A stretch of 64,000 bases of DNA. Source: Clostridium sp. 19966. GTDB taxonomy: Bacteria > Bacillota > Clostridia > Clostridiales > Clostridiaceae. The translations under genes were made by a program, and so were the position numbers. The stretch spans positions 194,029 through 258,028 of the forward strand of contig NZ_JACTOJ010000004.1 of assembly GCF_032335695.1 (NCBI RefSeq). Reading direction: 5' to 3'. Below are positions 62,776 to 64,000 of the stretch, in pieces. The first letter of the stretch is position 1. Each line of letters opens with the position of its first letter. The notes beneath the pieces are model-generated. The model was given only the letters and a program-made list of their open reading frames with translations. It did no database searches and was not told the DNA's origin.

Positions 62776-63198
62776 CTACTTGTTAATATTAACCATTGTT
62801 TTCTTTATATAGATTAATATCCCTATAGTTGATACTGCTAAAATAGATAGCAATATATCTGAAAATATTTCTTTTATATTTATCCATAATTGTGGATAAA
62901 TATAATTTAAAACAATCTGTACTTCTAACGCCGCTACCATTATAGAGAAGACCAATAGAATATAAAGGAATAATCTACGGTGAAATATTGCAAATTTTTC
63001 CCTATATAAAATATAAGTAGCTAGCACTATTATATAGATAGATATACAGAATATTCCCTGTTTTTCATCTGAAAACTTTTTAACACCTATAATACTTACT
63101 AGTGCATCAGCAATTGCTATCATCGTCAGCGTACGAAACAATGATGATGATTGTTCCATATTGTTGTTTTTCTTGCCTTTTTTCATAAAATATCTCAC
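62776..63198 (-). CDS. Small 4-TM membrane protein (140 aa)
   Basis: ORF and hydrophobicity; architecture resembles the 61249 and 63361 products. Confidence 0.4.
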   Translation of the reverse strand: MRYFMKKGKKNNNMEQSSSLFRTLTMIAIADALVSIIGVKKFSDEKQGIFCISIYIIVLATYILYREKFAIFHRRLFLYILLVFSIMVAALEVQIVLNYIYPQLWINIKEIFSDILLSILAVSTIGILIYIKKTMVNINK

Positions 63199-63360
63199 CC
63201 TTTAATTTCCTACTATTTTATCTTTCATTTTAGGAGATTGTAATATATGTTTTTAACATGATAAATAAATATCATATAAAAAACACATCACCAGAATACG
63301 ATGATTGAAAAAAAATTGTTTTCAATCATTTTATTAATAAATTACACGTATTATCTATTG

Positions 63361-63789
63361 CTAAAACCAAGTTCTTTTTATATCTGGATCTATCATTGTA
63401 CATACAAGCACATAAATTCCTGGTACGAAAGCAACTATTGCAAGTATTACTTTAATATATATTGTATACTTATACCATATGTAATAAAATGACTCACGAA
63501 TAATAACAGCAATTATTGCTATTATCGATGTGATACTAAAAAGAATATCAAAATTATATATATAGTGTAGCTGAAATTTAGTAAGTTTTTCTTTATTCTT
63601 CTTTGTTAGTCCAAACATAACTATTGGTATCATAATTAGAGCTAGTATTTGCCCCCATGTTGATAAGCTTCTTATTCCTCCTGTTATTCTTAATATAGAT
63701 GAAACTGCAAGTGCAAATAATATGCCGTCCATCCATGAAGCCTCTTTTTTTGCTTTCATTACTATCATCTCCATATACTCTAATTGCAA
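63361..63789 (-). CDS. Small 4-TM membrane protein (142 aa)
   Basis: ORF and hydrophobicity. Confidence 0.4.
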   Translation of the reverse strand: MQLEYMEMIVMKAKKEASWMDGILFALAVSSILRITGGIRSLSTWGQILALIMIPIVMFGLTKKNKEKLTKFQLHYIYNFDILFSITSIIAIIAVIIRESFYYIWYKYTIYIKVILAIVAFVPGIYVLVCTMIDPDIKRTWF

Positions 63790-64000
63790 AGATTTTAATA
63801 AAAATACTTTATTGTATAGATGGCGATTTTTCCATATGTCATGGATGCGCCTTAGAAATCTATAACTTCACCTCTGAACTACTCACACTTCTTTATTATC
63901 AAAAATTTATTTATAATATATCCATGTCCTTTTCTTATATGATAATATTCTACAGCACCTTGACGATTTCCTTCACAATAACTATATATTAGAAATCAAG

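Overview
This is a low-GC Firmicutes chromosomal segment (Clostridium-like, judging from AT richness, AGGAGG ribosome-binding sites and gene content); nearly all genes are on the minus strand. Features by region: (1) 1-35 kb: corA, a lipoprotein, a GT2 bactoprenol-type glycosyltransferase, threonine dehydratase, two MFS transporters, a membrane-anchored MutS-domain ATPase, a frameshifted DUF1540-like small gene, a GH1 beta-glucosidase, a 2-hydroxyacid dehydrogenase, dapF, ldh, a xylA-xylR-tal-xylB xylose cluster, a cadC-cadA-type metal efflux pair, a LicR-controlled cellobiose-type PTS operon, a GT4 glycosyltransferase with two ArnE/F-like half-transporters, a flotillin, and tandem crcB genes preceded by a recognisable fluoride riboswitch. 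(2) about 35.15-58.94 kb: a 23.8-kb insertion that splits a mannose-1-phosphate guanylyltransferase-like gene. Its N-terminal fragment is at 58.9-59.2 kb and its C-terminal fragment at 34.3-35.15 kb. A large serine recombinase gene sits at the left end, and the same 8-bp core (AAAGAGAC in gene orientation) is present at both junctions. The cargo is entirely carbohydrate catabolism (GH10, GH67, GH115-like, two GH2, GH36, uxaC, uxuA, uxuB, an oxidoreductase, AraC and RpiR regulators), with no phage or conjugation genes. (3) 59-64 kb: a WYL-domain regulator broken by a poly-A frameshift, a zinc-ribbon protein, and an AT-rich run of small, mostly 4-TM hypothetical proteins. A family of palindromic elements (arms GGGGACGGTTCACAA / TTGTGAACCGTCCCC, 7 full plus 3 half copies) lies immediately 3' of stop codons throughout the non-island part. 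No rRNA, tRNA, CRISPR array or transposase was seen.
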